The translations under genes and the position numbers were made by a program. The notes under the pieces were generated by a model, which was given only the letters and a program-made list of their open reading frames with translations, did no database searches and was not told the DNA's origin. A stretch of DNA of 64,000 nucleotides from Octopus vulgaris. Taxonomy: Eukaryota. Each line of letters begins with the position of its first letter. Within the stretch, counting starts at the first letter, position 1. The stretch is from positions 69,068,001-69,132,000 of the forward strand of contig OX597815.1 in the NCBI GenBank assembly GCA_951406725.2, read 5' to 3'. This document shows positions 26,522-39,865 of the stretch, piece by piece.

Positions 26522-28404
26522 TATTTGAATGTTGGCCATTAAACCTACTCTGTTATACTCTGCAGTAATTATTTGTTAATAGATACTTTGAAAATGACCA
26601 TCACATATAATGTACACAACTGTAAAATAGACTTTCTCCAGTCCTGTATCCAACAAGTTGACCCATAAATGGTCTCACCATTTTTCATATCTATCTGTCT
26701 GTCTGTCTGTCTGTCCATCCATCCATCCATCCATCAATCCACCTACCTACCTACCTATCTATCTACCTGCCTGTCTGTCTGTAAAACAATTTATGATGTG
26801 CAGGAGTGGCTGTGTGGTTGAGAAGTTTGCTTCCCAATCATGTGGTTTCAGGTTCAATGCTATTGCACAGGTACCTTGGGGAAGTGTCTTCTTCTATAGT
26901 CCTAAGTCAGCCAAAGCCTCTTGAGTAGATTTGGTTCACAGAAACTGAAAGAAGCCTATCATATATGCATATGTATGCATTTGTTTGTCTCTCTTTGTCT
27001 TGACATTGCAGAATAATTATAAATGAGTGCTATCATCATACAAACATTGTCCTTCATTTGTAATCTTCCATGAGAATATGTTCAGCCATGGGAAAATATT
27101 GTCTTGCTTGGAAACAGGTGAGTGTTGGCGACAGGAAGGGTATCTGGCTGTAGAAAATCTGCTTCAACAAATTCCATCTGATCTATGTGAGCATTGAAAA
27201 GTGGAAGTTATGATGACAATGATGATGATGTCAAAAAACAAAAGAAAAAAGAATGGTGAGAGAGATAACAATTAACTCTAGTTAAGGCTATGGAAAGAAA
27301 TTTCCTCAGAGTTTCTAGAGACATGTTAAGGTCACCACTTGTCTTTAAGGAGGCAGATAACCAGTGCATAGCTCTGTCTTCAGTGAAGTCTATAGAAAGA
27401 GTGGTTACCTCAAGTGTTGTCTGGGCATTCAGTAACTTTGATATAAAGATCACCTCAAGTGCATAAAATCTTAGTGTAATCATATAACAACAAATAAGTT
27501 TCTAGTTTGCTTATTGAGTAGATATACATTTGAGCATTCATCACTCAACCCTCCTGAATTATATCGCATGCGAATTATTTGCCAATAAATACTTTATGAA
27601 CAAAAGTATATGTATAATTACTTCAGTGGGTCATTATTCTGTAAGTCATAGTCATTCATTACATAGTCATTAATTTGTGTTTCTAAGTCAATAGCAGCAC
27701 ACAATATTAGGTAGGCTGCATATGAAAGTAAGAATGACCACACCAATATTTGTATAAGTTTCCATCCATTTTATTAGCCAGAACATTTGCATTTGCACAA
27801 CAGTTTGTACATGTAATTATGAATGTAGTAGTTAAGACTTCATTGCATAAAATATTTTAGTTATTTATATAAAAATTGTTCTTGTTGATTGAAGACAGGA
27901 CAAGTAGAAAAATGACAACTAACTTTTGCTAAATTGGTGACTTTACGTTTTTTTTATAGCATAACTATGCTACAGGAAGTATGTTTTGCACCTATATTGA
28001 CTACATTTCATTTCGCTTGAACTTTGTGTGTGTACATTTTACTGTTTTCAATATTATCAATTCTATGAGTGTGTGTGTTTCGGCGTTTGTTATGTCTATA
28101 GTAAACTATAATAAAGAACATTTTACACAGTTTTAATAAGCCCACATCTAATGAAGTAGCCATCCTTATGGTTTGTGATCCCATTGAAAATCATGATATT
28201 CTCATTCGTGTTCACGATAACAACTTTAAACATGTTTCACAGATTCATCCCTCTTATGATGCTCTCTTATGTGGAATGGGCAAGATGGGTATTATCTCAA
28301 TATTCCTCAGATTGAATCTGCAACAGGATAGCCAATTACAAACAAAAGGGTGTTGTCAAATGACTTCTGTTCTTACCAACTAATGTTAAGACTAGAACAA
28401 TCAA

Positions 28405-28620
28405 ATCCTTTCTGCTATAGGCACAAGTCCTGAAATTTCGGCGGAAGGAAGTGGTTGATTACATCGACCCCAGTGGCTCACTAGTACTTAATTTATTGAT
28501 CCCGAAAGGATGAAAGGCAAAGTTGACCCCGGCAGTATTTGAACTCAGAATGTAAAGACATGTGAAATACCATTTAAGCATTTTTACCTGGCATGCTAAC
28601 AATTCTGCCATCTCGCCAAC
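28405..28620 (-). mobile_element. SINE, third family
   Basis: Minus strand ggcgagatggcagaattgttagc...ctgagttcaaat...ctttgcctttcatcctttcggg; copies at about 19255-19390 (-), 37195-37380 (+), 54495-54695 (+) and 63340-63620 (-). Confidence 0.75.
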
Positions 28621-29412
28621 TTCCAGAACAATCAAATCAATTACACATGTCAAATAAATTATATTTTCATTTATATATTTTCTACGTTTTCTCAATAACC
28701 AGCTACAGTTATTTCAAATACACTTCTCTACACTACCAGGTTTCATCAGAAAAGGAAAATAGTTTCACACTTTCAATTTCAATCAAAATTACAAAGTGTT
28801 GCATTACGAGAGTGATGTTGTGTGAATAATGAAAGTAATGTTTCTCCGAATTAGTCACATATGTATTATAATAAAGAAAACTGCTTATTACTTGTCTACC
28901 AAATAAACTTATGTTTTTGACTCAACAACTCTTTTTTACAACTAAAATAACCTTAACTAGGTTGGGTCGCACAATTTTGAGGTCATTTTCTGACACTATT
29001 TTGATTTGCTTCTAATATATCACTTTTGTCCTATGTTTCATGTGTAGAATTCTACTCAGACAAACATTTATGAAAATGTACATATAAATATTGTATTAAA
29101 ATAAGTTACAACCAAAAATATTGCATTAAAAGACATCCATTTTTCTATATGTCATGAGGAAATACAGCCTCACACTCTCTCTCTCTTGCACAAAAAAGAT
29201 GTATGCATATGTATTTATGGGCGAAGGTCAAGAATACACACTCTTGGTGGTTAGGGTTACACTGAAAACAGGTGGTGTGCATATTCTTTACCTCTGCCTG
29301 TTTATGTACATGTATATGAAAGATAATGTGTGTGTGAGAGAGAGAGCGAGTGCCACTTGCACATACATGCAAAAAATATCATACATCACAACACACACCT
29401 TCACACACTCAG

Positions 29413-29460
<48 letters not shown>

Positions 29461-30302
29461 CCATTTCATATACACGTATATCTTACACTTTCTCCTCTCG
29501 CTTCAAAGCAAATGTCATTTCTTTCTCTTTATCCTCTCTTTCAATTTCTGCTCTCTTCAAAGCATACAGAAATTAAAACAATTTTATGGAAATTAACAAT
29601 CATATGATCCCATATATATCGAGTTGACAACTTTGCTTCTTCAAATGAAATAATGCCATAAAAAAATACTTTCTTTGACACACACACATGCATATGCACA
29701 CTCTAGGTAAAACCTGATCTTCGATATAAACTTAAATGGACGTTTTCCCCAGAAATTCTGTCCTTTACCTCTTCTTTCTCGCATGTCTGAGGTGACATTT
29801 CCGTCCCCTCTCCTTATTTTTTTCCTAAATTTCTTCCGATTCCTATGTTTGTGATACAGGAAATTAGGATTTCACCCATAAAACATGTTCTCAATATTTT
29901 AATTTTCTCTCTCTCCCCATCAAATTAATTTTTAAAATTTTTTTCAAATTTTTATTCTTGGTAATCCATGGAGAAAAAACAGAGAGTATGAATCATTAAG
30001 AATTTTACCCATCACCTCACCAGTTCCAAAAAGCTACTCACTCCCAATGTTTCACTTTAGCTTTTTGGAAAGCAGGGAAGTTTCTTCAGAAATAATGTCA
30101 TTTACCTATTGTTTCTAGCATGTCGGATTTTCTCTTGGTGGTCTGGTATTTTTTAAGTCTACTATTTCAGTAGAATTCTATGCATGTAGGAAACATCAGA
30201 CAAAAGTGAATGATTGGGAGATTTTAGCCTTTTGAAAGCCAGTAGGTGATGGGTGGGCAAGGTGGGGGAAAGGGTATTGAATGTTTCTCTAGGAAAAATT
30301 AA

Positions 30303-30336
<34 letters not shown>

Positions 30337-30361
30337 GGAGAGAGAGAGAGAGAGAGAGAGA

Positions 30362-30959
30362 AGTTGCATACTGTCAACGTAACGTGACAGTCCCATAAAG
30401 GGAATCACACCACTGCTATTTAGCCCTAGGAAGCATCAGCATTTCCTGTCGGCCTTGACACATTTCCTGTGTCTGTATGTTTACAAGGGCGAGACAAGCA
30501 CCCCCATCCAGCTAAGCCTGCATCCAGAGACATGTTTCTGAGTCTTGCTCGTCATCAGTCTGGAGTAGCATGGCTTGCTAGCTGGTTGCAGATACCTGTC
30601 TAGACCTTGTAAACATATATAATTTCAGTGAAGTAAATTCACTGATCACAAAGAATAGAAATATTAAATTTTTAAATATCTCAGAGAGATATAAGCAGTG
30701 GTGGAACGATAGAGCAAGACTCAGAAACATGTCTCTGAATGCAGGCTTAGCTGGATGGGGGTGCTTGTCTCCCTCTTGTAAACATACGGACACAGGAAAT
30801 GTGTCAAGGCCAGCAGGAAGCGCTGATGCTTCCTAGGGTTAAATAGCGGTGGTGTGATTCCCTTTATGGGACTGTCATGTTAAGTTGACAGTATGCAACT
30901 GCTCTATTGTTCCACCACTGCTTATATCTCTCTGAGATATTTAGAAATTTAATATTTCT

Positions 30960-30962
<3 letters not shown>
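30362..30962. mobile_element. Hammerhead-bearing ~350-nt retrozyme/non-autonomous Penelope-like unit plus an inverted, circularly permuted partial copy
   Basis: Minus-strand unit 30715->30362; plus-strand copy 30712-30962 runs from mid-hammerhead through the unit end into the unit start. Confidence 0.8.
30523..30564 (-). ncRNA. Minimal type I hammerhead ribozyme
   Basis: Minus strand TCCAGA CTGATGA C-GAG CAAGA CTC-A GAAA CAT GTC TCTGGA: 6-bp helix I, intact core, palindromic helix III (ACATGT), GUC cleavage triplet. Confidence 0.85.
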
Positions 30963-31002
<40 letters not shown>

Positions 31003-31052
31003 CCCACATTTGTAATCTCTGTATTTTTCTATGTAGATACTCTGTTTTACAC

Positions 31053-31565
31053 TTTTACTCTTTCTTGTTTCAGTCATTTGACTGTGGCCATGCTGGAGCA
31101 CCACCTTTAGTCGAGCAAATTGACCCCAGGACTTATTCTTTGGAAGCCTAGTACTTATTATATCAGTCACTTTTGCTGAACCGCTAAGTTACAGGGATGT
31201 AAACACACCACCATTGGTTGTCAGGCGATGTTGGGGGGGGGGGGGGACAAACACAGACACACAAACATATACACCCATACATACATACATACATATATAT
31301 ATATATATGTATATACTTTATTTTAAGCAGCAGAAAATTCAACAAAATCTGTTACTCTGAGTTTCTCGTTGCCGTTCATCAGACAGTTTTTGCTAGAATA
31401 TATATATATATATATATATGACGGGATTCTTTCAGTTTCTGTCTACCAAATCCACTCACAAGGCTTTGGTTGGCCCAAGGCTATAGTAGAAGACACTTGC
31501 TCAAGGTGCCATGTAGTGGGAATGAACCTGGATCCATGTGGTTGGTAAGTAAGCTACTTACCACA
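31053..31565 (-). mobile_element. SINE with the common head and an alternative tail (...gactgaaacaagtaaaag), with a nested hammerhead fragment
   Basis: Same arrangement at about 10150-10570 (-), 32880-33255 (+), 37650-37970 (-) and 58115-58510 (+). Confidence 0.8.
31344..31390 (-). ncRNA. Minimal type I hammerhead ribozyme, second family (Penelope-like terminus fragment)
   Basis: Minus strand AAAACTGT CTGATGA ACG GCAA CGA GAAA CTC A GAG TA ACAG ATTTT. Confidence 0.75.
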
Positions 31566-33673
31566 CAACAACAAAAAAAAATTGAAAAAAAGTTACAAAT
31601 TAACAAATTACGGTGGGGATAGAGGGAAATTTAAATTTTGAAAATCTGATTTCTGGTTAAAATCATATTAACCCCCTTTTATATGATGAAACAATACATA
31701 GTTTCTGATCCTTCTTAAGAACAGAAAGCGCTTTCATGAAAACCCATGCAAATTGTACCCTTGCCCTCCACTATTAAAAGAAAATGACTTCCTTTATTCC
31801 ATTAACTATGTATCAGCTGTGCCGATTCTGCCCATAAGAAAGGAGTAAATAGTACAATGTGCTTGTAGGTCATAACACCTGGGCAACTCTGGGATGCATT
31901 GCTAGTGTGTGTGTATGGCAAAAAAAAGATTGATAGAATGAGAACCAGGCTTAACAAAAATTAAGTACTGGAGGGTGGAGTGATTCATTCGACTAAAAAT
32001 TCTTCAAGGTGGTGCCCCAGCATGACCTCAATCTTATGACTGAAACAAGTAAAAAATAGAAGATATAGATATGATAGGCATCTTTCAGTTTCCATCTCCC
32101 AAATCTGCCCACAAGTCTTTTGTTGGCCTGGAGTCATAGTAGAAGACACTTACCCATGGTGCCACTCAGTAGGACTGAACATGTTTGGAAGGCAAGCTTC
32201 TCAACCACATAGTCATGTCTGCCCTTCATATCTATGGAATTTTTAGACAACACTGTATATAATGATGAATATAAAGATTATGTCTATATAGACAATTGAA
32301 TATCGTGTATGTAGATATTATGTATATATTTTCCATGACATAACATGTTGGCTAAAGGTCTATAGATATGTTCTTTAGTACGCTATAGCAATCACATGTG
32401 AACTACTCATCTGTAAGAACACATTTGATTTTGGGTGCTATTTTTTATTTAGTTTAAAAAATACTATGAAGATGTAAATGAAAACAGCCTGATGCTAATA
32501 TCAAGATATGTAATGGACAAAGTGCACACATGCTTCTCTAGCTTACCACACATAGACACACACGTGTATGTACATCTTTACTTGCATGTTGATATGCACG
32601 CACACACACACACTCACTCATATAACTAATTTTCTTTTTCTTTTTTAATGACCCTGCCAGTTTTCACATCTACCTTCTTATTTTTTGTCATGATTTCTCT
32701 TGTACAAGTGTCCTGATTTGCAAATAGAATAGGCCGCCATGTTCGCAGAACCAGAAAATTGCTTGGAGACACAAGGCATGTTATAAAAACCTACCTAGAC
32801 TTGTCTTCAAAGCAAGAAACTATTTAGTAACTGATAGCTTTATACTGTGTACATTAAATGAAATTTATCTCTCACTGTTTGGAGTACTTTAAGAAGCTTG
32901 CTTTGCAACTGTGTAGTGTTGGGTTCAGTCCCATTGTACAGTACCTTGAGCAAGTATCTTTTACTGTAACCTCAGGCTAATTAATGCTTTGAATTTGGTA
33001 GTTGGAAACTATGTAGAAGCCTGTCATATGTATATATAAATATGTATGTTTGTGTTTGACCCCCCCCCACTACCACTTCTTAACAACTAGTGTTTAGTTT
33101 ACATCTCTGTAACCTAGCAGTTTGGCAACAGAGACCGATAGAAAAGAAATAAAAATATAAGTACTGGAGTTGATTTGTTCCACTAAACCATTCAAGGTGG
33201 TGCCCCAGCATGACTGCAGCCCAATGACTGAGACAAGCAAAAAATAAAAGATAAGACAGACAAAACTCAACTGACAGCCTGCCTGTGCATTTAAATCTGT
33301 GTGTGTGTGTGTGTGTGCACACATGTAAACCACCACATTCCCCCCCTCACCCTGCCCCATCATGTACCTATATCATATTGTGGAGAGAAACAGCAAAGTA
33401 TTTAAAGTTGTTGACTATCTCCTGTCAGCTGGACTTTCTCTGATTGTTTGGCCACTTAGCTTTATCTGTTGACTTTTCTTTTCTGTTTTACATATTTGTC
33501 CTCAGTAGCATTAGTATTGTGACTGACAGACTGGTTGGCTGGATACCTGAGGCCCTGTCCTTTCTTTGGATTTAAGTCTTTAAATATATATATATACACA
33601 CACACATATATACATATTTGTTTGTTTTTTTAATACACAATTTACTTAGAGCTTTATTTCCTTATCTTTGTAG

Positions 33674-33712
33674 ACATTGAATCCAAAATGGAATGAAGAA
33701 TTTTTCTTTCGG
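33674..33712 (+). CDS. NEDD4: NEDD4-family 39-nt exon, C2 domain: [13 protein letters not shown]
   Basis: ctttgtag acceptor, gtaaat donor, phase 0/0; near-identical to NEDD4[14 protein letters not shown]. Confidence 0.95.
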
Positions 33713-33800
33713 GTAAATATCGAACCTTTTTTTTATATTGTTTGTGTATGTCATCATCATTATTTTATGTTTGCTTTCCATGCTTGCAGTTAACATAAAA

Positions 33801-33859
<59 letters not shown>

Positions 33860-34501
33860 TATATATATATATACACGCATATACACATTTATATATATAT
33901 ATATATATGCACACACTTGCATATTTTGTTGTAAAATATCTTCTGTAGTAAAAATGCATTAAAAAGTATTTTATTGTTTAATTGAAATGGTTAAGAAATG
34001 TATTTGTAGTGTTTTTGTTTGTGTTATGGATGTAATTACATTCATAAATAATTCCTTATTTATGGATGTAATTTTTTTTCCTTGTAATATGTTCAATGAA
34101 ATAACAAATACTTGAAGGACTTAACCGATTTTTAACTTTCTCAGTTATAACCATTTTACTATAATTACCTAAAAGGCATGAATGTCATAATCTCCAGCTG
34201 TTTCCCATCAATATTTATTCACATTTATTTTAAAGCATTTTTTAAAATGTAACTTTCATGTCAGTGCTTCATTTGTTAAAAATCTGGTTAAACGATTATT
34301 TGTAACTCAGACCCTGATTGTTTAAATTTCTGTGACATTCTAGTCATATCAGCTAGTGTTTTTAGCTCTAGTTAACTGTGCTTCAGCAAAAAATGACAGA
34401 GGTAGATACTATAATAGTATTAGGTTGGCATTTTCCTAGTCAGGTCTATCTAGGATTGTTGTGTGGCAAGCTCTAAGCATTGGAAATATGTGGTCTTCAT
34501 T

Positions 34502-34732
34502 TTAACCCTTTTTTTTTTTTACCATATTTCTGTTGAAATAAACTGTCTTTGTTTCAATTAATTTTGAAAATAATGAAGAATTTAGTAAAACAACACTGTT
34601 GTTATTAAGCTAATATTTGGGACATAAATTAACATGGAAATTTTAATAGGTTTTATTTTTGACCATTTTAAACAGTGGATTTATCAAAGAACTAAGGACA
34701 GTCTCAGGTGGGTTGGGATCAAAAAGAGTTAA
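34502..34732. mobile_element. piggyBac-like MITE, family B
   Basis: TTAA-CCCTTT ... AAAGAG-TTAA. Confidence 0.65.
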
Positions 34733-37700
34733 AGATGGTTGTAAGAGTTTGTTGAGGGAAATGGGGTTGATGCAGGACTTTATAGAGGTTCCCCTAATGT
34801 CTGTCTGGACCACTATTGAGTTATTTACTACACACTGTATAGCATATGAGTTTTAAAGTGTTGGCTTTCTTGTCTCTCTGAGGTCAGGCTGGAGTTACTT
34901 AAATAACACTACTATTTATATAATGTTATAAATATCATTGATGCATCCATTTGTTCTCAATTTACTGGCATGACTATACTTCTCACAGAGTTTATGCATG
35001 GTTGTTTGTTTAAGAAGTTTGCTTCTGAACCATGTGGTTTTGTGTTCAGTCCCATTGCATGGCACCTTGGGTAAGTGTCTTCTATGATGACTCTGGGTCA
35101 ACCAAATCCTTGTGATTGGATTTGGTAAGCAGAAACTCTAAAATGCCTGTTGTGTATGTGTATACATATGTAGCTGTGTGTGTGTATATACACGTGTAAT
35201 TCTGTGTGTATGTGTATACATTTGTAGCTGTGTGTGTGTACACATGTAGCTGTGTACATGTGTATTTTTGCAAGTAAATTTATATTTTCCTTATCTTTAT
35301 GTGTTTACTGATTATTAACAATGGCTTGTTGGTGGTACCTTTGCTTACAGTGTACTGAAAGTGTATGTCCAGGCTTTTTCTCTTCACATGTCTTGACATG
35401 TTGTGTGATCTTCATAAACAAAAGTGTCATTTATGCAGTCTCCATATAAATATATCCAGGCTGTTGTTTGGTGTTCTGTAGACTAGGAGATTATTACTTT
35501 GCATGGAAACAAGTAGAGGCTGGTGACAGGAAGGGGGTCTGAAACTCAGCCTCTATGTACTCTCATCTGACCCATGACTATTAGCACCATTCTTTTACCA
35601 AAGATAGGTTCCCTGGGTTCATGTATGGCAGAAATGAATCCATCTAATATTGCAGATTTACCAGAATGCAGCTCAAGGCATTATAAATGACATATGTCTT
35701 GACAATTTCAGCCAACTGCTAATATTTCATTCCATCTCTCTCTCTCTCTCAATGTGAAGACAAAGAGAGAAAGAGACACATACACGGATAGATATTCAAC
35801 TTGGGTTTTCTTGTTGATATATTATTAACTCATTGTATTTGCTATGATAGTAAGATTTTAATTTAGTAATTAAGAATACCAGTATCTTTAATAATACCAA
35901 CTGAGAAGAGCTTTCTTTAGAACAGCTGTTCTTTTCTAAGTCTGTTATTTGGAATGTTATTCTGCAAGCGTGGTGGGGGTGTGACAAAACAAATATCTTG
36001 GAACCACAATATGAAAGAAATTCACCTTGAAACTATGAAAAGAGCTTTGGAGAATAAGGAAAGTATATCAACTGCATAGTTCTGATTTATTTATATATTT
36101 AGCTTGTAAAATGATTTGCTAAGAGCATGTGTGTATTAATAATAGCTGATTATCATGCTAAGTTGAAAGTAGGGTTGAATGTATTAACATAGGAACATAA
36201 TCATTTTGTTTGTAGCTGCTATGTATATAGGTTAGTCAGTTAGATCATGAAGGTTAGCTAGTTAAATCAATTCATTTCAAGGTAACAAGAACAAGGTTTT
36301 ATCAGTTGTTTTTCCCTGTAAAATTCTCACATATATATATATTAAAATTTCTGGTAAATTTTTCTAAAACTTCCATCCTCACATCAATAAGTTGTAAGAA
36401 TAAATAATTTATTAACTTTTGACAGTTGAGTGGTAAAAGCAGTAGGGTGCAGTATTTAGTTACATCTCCCTATGTTCTGGGTTTAAATCCAACCATGGTT
36501 ACATTTACCTTCCATTACTCCTTGTATAATGCAGGGTAGCCATGTATTTCTTCTATAACAAGACGCCTGTGCCTGTTCCTCTGTCATACACCTAGTATGA
36601 AGCCAGCTCTCCCCACCACTTACAACCTCATTCAGTTGAGGGGCTTCTCCTTTATCTTGCACACTGCATTGCAAAATCACTGGTGCTGATGTCACAAAAA
36701 CAAAACAAAGAAATGCACTTGGTACACTCAAAAAGCATCCAGCTTATGGAGGCCATGTCAAAAGGACATTGGAGCTCAATGCAGTCTTTCAGCTTATTAA
36801 ATCCTGTCAAACCACCCAGCCTGTCTGCACAGAAGAGACATTAATGACGATGATGATTTCTCTCCTTATTTCAGTGCTGCTAAATCAATTTTAACTTTTA
36901 GCTGAGTTTCAGTTATACATACATTGTACTGTATTAAATGCCATGGAAAAACAGTCCTCGGGCTATTTAAATCTTTTTGCCACAGCAATCAGAATCGAAT
37001 AAACAAATGTATGAAATAAATACCTTTTTATTCTATAAGCTGCTAGGTATTCTTTGACTTTGTCATACCTCTTTGTGTATACATAAATACACATACACAC
37101 TGTATTTTTGTTAACCTAGATCTTAAACTCCATACAAATTAACCAATTTCTTCATATTCTATTATTATTGTTATTATGATGGTAGTAGTCGTGTATTAGC
37201 AGAATTGTTAGAGCATTAGACGAAATGCTTTGTATTTTCTCTGGCTATTTGTTATGAGTCCTGCTGAGATCAACTTTACCTTTTATCTTTTTGAGGTTTA
37301 TAAAATAAGTACCAGTCAAGTACTGGGGTTGATGTAATAGACTAACCCTTTCCACTCAAAATTGCTGGCCTTGTTCTAAAATAATAATAATAATAACTAG
37401 CTGAACCTGTGAAAAATTCATGGAAAATATAAAAAATGTAAGCGTCTGTAAATTGTGTGCTGGTGCCATGAAAAATGTTTCTATATTGTGATAGTTACAG
37501 AATAAAGAAGTGTAAAACTGATAACTTTATAATCCAACCAAAATATCTCAGCTATGCAAACGTAAACAGAATTACTATTTAGCCTTAAAATACATCGTGC
37601 ATATTCAAAGAACCTTCTTGGTTTGGTGGTATGGAATGTTCTTCTGGTATTCTTTTACTTGTTTCAGTCATTTGATGGTGGCCATGCTGGAGCACCGCCC

Positions 37701-37844
37701 TTTAGTTGAAGAAATCATCCCCCGGACTTGTTCTCTGTAAGCCTGGTGCTTATTCTATCAGTCTCTTCTGCTGAATAGCTAAGTTACAGGCATGCAAGCA
37801 TACCAGCATCGGTTGTCAAGCAATGGTGGTGGAGAGACAAACAA

Positions 37845-37894
<50 letters not shown>

Positions 37895-38865
37895 GACGGG
37901 CTTCTTTCATTTTCCAACTACCAAATTCCCTCATGAAGCTTTGGGCAGCCTGAGGCTATAGTAGAAGACACTTTTTAAAGTATAGTGTTGAATTTTGTGT
38001 AGCCACCTATTGGCAACTTTTTTCCCCCACCCATTTTGTAAGAGGTATTACCCATTTTTCTGAGTTCTTTTCACAGCCATATCCTGTTTGAAATTTGCAT
38101 TAGATTTTGTATAAAAAACAAAAAGGGAGTGGGGCTTGTTTGTAGTTTGTAGAGAAAACATTAAACATGCCTGAGAACAAAACATGGTCTTTCCCACCAA
38201 ATAAAAGACATGAAGAACAATGAAAGAAGACAATTATGTACCAAGGGTGGGGAAAAGAAGAGAGAACACTGATCATTCTAGAACTCCCAGAATAAAAACG
38301 TAAACATCTGAAAGACTTTCCTTCTATTCATTACTGAATGTCTTTCCCTCTTCTTCATTGCTAAAAGTAATGAAGCTAGAAAAGATCGATTGTATTTCAG
38401 TCTAATTGTCATTGTGAATGACTTGAGACTTTCCTTTCTCTGTCTTTATTGCTTAACTTCTTTTCTCTACAGTTAAGATAATGAAGGTGCATGGCTCAAT
38501 GGTTAGGGGTATTCAGTCCATGATTGTAAAGTCATGAGTATGTTTCCCAGCGATGCGCTGTGTTCTTGAGCAAGGTACTCTACTTCACCTTGCTGCAGTA
38601 CACTCAAATGTAATTCAAAGGGGCCAGCCTAGTCACATTTTGTGTGAGGCTGAATCTCCCTGAGAATTACCTTATAGTATGCATGTCTGTGGAGTACTCA
38701 GTCACTTGCATGTTAATTTTATGAGCAGACTGTTCTATTGATCAGATAAACAGGAACTTCATTGTCATAGCCAGCAGAGTGTCATTTTTTGAAAAGAGGG
38801 AAAGAAAAGGGAATGTTCCATATCGTAAGGCAAAAATGTTGTGTTTAGTATAAGTAGAAATAATT

Positions 38866-38983
38866 TCTATTCCGTCGTCTCTTCACCCTTGACTCATGCT
38901 CAGTTTGATAACAACAGCCTGCGCATCGGTGTTTATATGGAGGCTTGGCCTCCAGATCGTGAGACCCACAAATGCTACTGTTA
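38866..38983 (+). mobile_element. Short remnant of a CRE-like (RLE-type) non-LTR retrotransposon
   Basis: Frameshifted FDNNSLRIGV/RLGLQIVRP/KCYC resembles the LD...RIAVALRLG...PH.C.C motif that precedes the zinc knuckle. Confidence 0.45.
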
Positions 38984-39469
38984 GGACCGGATTAATATCC
39001 ATAGTAACCCTAACTACTAAAAAGATTTTCCTGCCCCTGTATAGGATCTTTTTTCATTTTTTTCCCAACCACTTGAAGGTTCATCTTGCTCTAGTCCACT
39101 CAGCTGGCCAAAATGAGTTGTAGCTGTAATTGAAAGGGACCAGCCTTGTCATATTCTGTGTGAGGCTGAATCTCCATGAGACCTACGTTAATGGTATGCA
39201 TGTCTGTGGAGTACTCAGTCACTTGCGAGTTAATTTTATCCTTGTGTAGTAATGAAAAATGAAAGTGACATTAATATTTGCTGTCGTTATTTGTCATTGA
39301 TTTAACAATGTGTCAATGTATCTATGTATCAACTTTTCTTTCAATCTATGTATCTACTGTCTCTCTCACTTTCTCTTACAACCAGCAATCAATCTGCAAT
39401 TCCTGGAAAGTGTAGGGTGGGAGCACATAGAATTTGTGTTTCATGACTCTGAAGCCAAGTCCAAAGGAG

Positions 39470-39550
39470 AACAATTGTTAATGATAGGGAATTGGAATGT
39501 CACAATCTTTATGGCTAAAGAGTAGCAACCATTGGAGGAGGCCAAACCTT
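39470..39550 (+). mobile_element. LINE AP-endonuclease N-terminal remnant
   Basis: LMIGNWNVTIFMAKE*QPLEEAK resembles the IGTWNV motif. Confidence 0.5.
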
Positions 39551-39563
39551 CCAGTTAGATATA

Positions 39564-39865
39564 CAGTAATCCTTCAATTATCGTGGGTGTTACATTCCAA
39601 ATGACGTGTATTGTCAACAACAACTATCGGTGGTGTATTTTTCGTTTGTCACTGTTATTTATGACATCATTCGTGTGTTTGTACTGGTTTTAAGGTTTTA
39701 GGGTTAGGGTTTTAAAGTGAAAATCTGCAAAGAAAAATAGCACTGTACTGTATATATTTTAAAATTATTTTTATAATTTGTATAGATTTATTTTATTATA
39801 AATACTAGAAACAACACCACGAGGAATCGACATAAGCTTAAATAATAAACTGCAAGGGATTACTG
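39564..39865. mobile_element. pogo/Tigger-like MITE carrying a foreign 116-bp insert
   Basis: TA-CAGTAATCCTT ... AGGGATTACTG-TA. Confidence 0.75.

Noticed and set aside
37396-37640. Helentron/Helitron-like element (aactagctgaacctgtgaa...ttcatgg; also ...ttgctagt near 31900)
   Set aside because: Only one terminus recognisable in each case; boundaries cannot be supported
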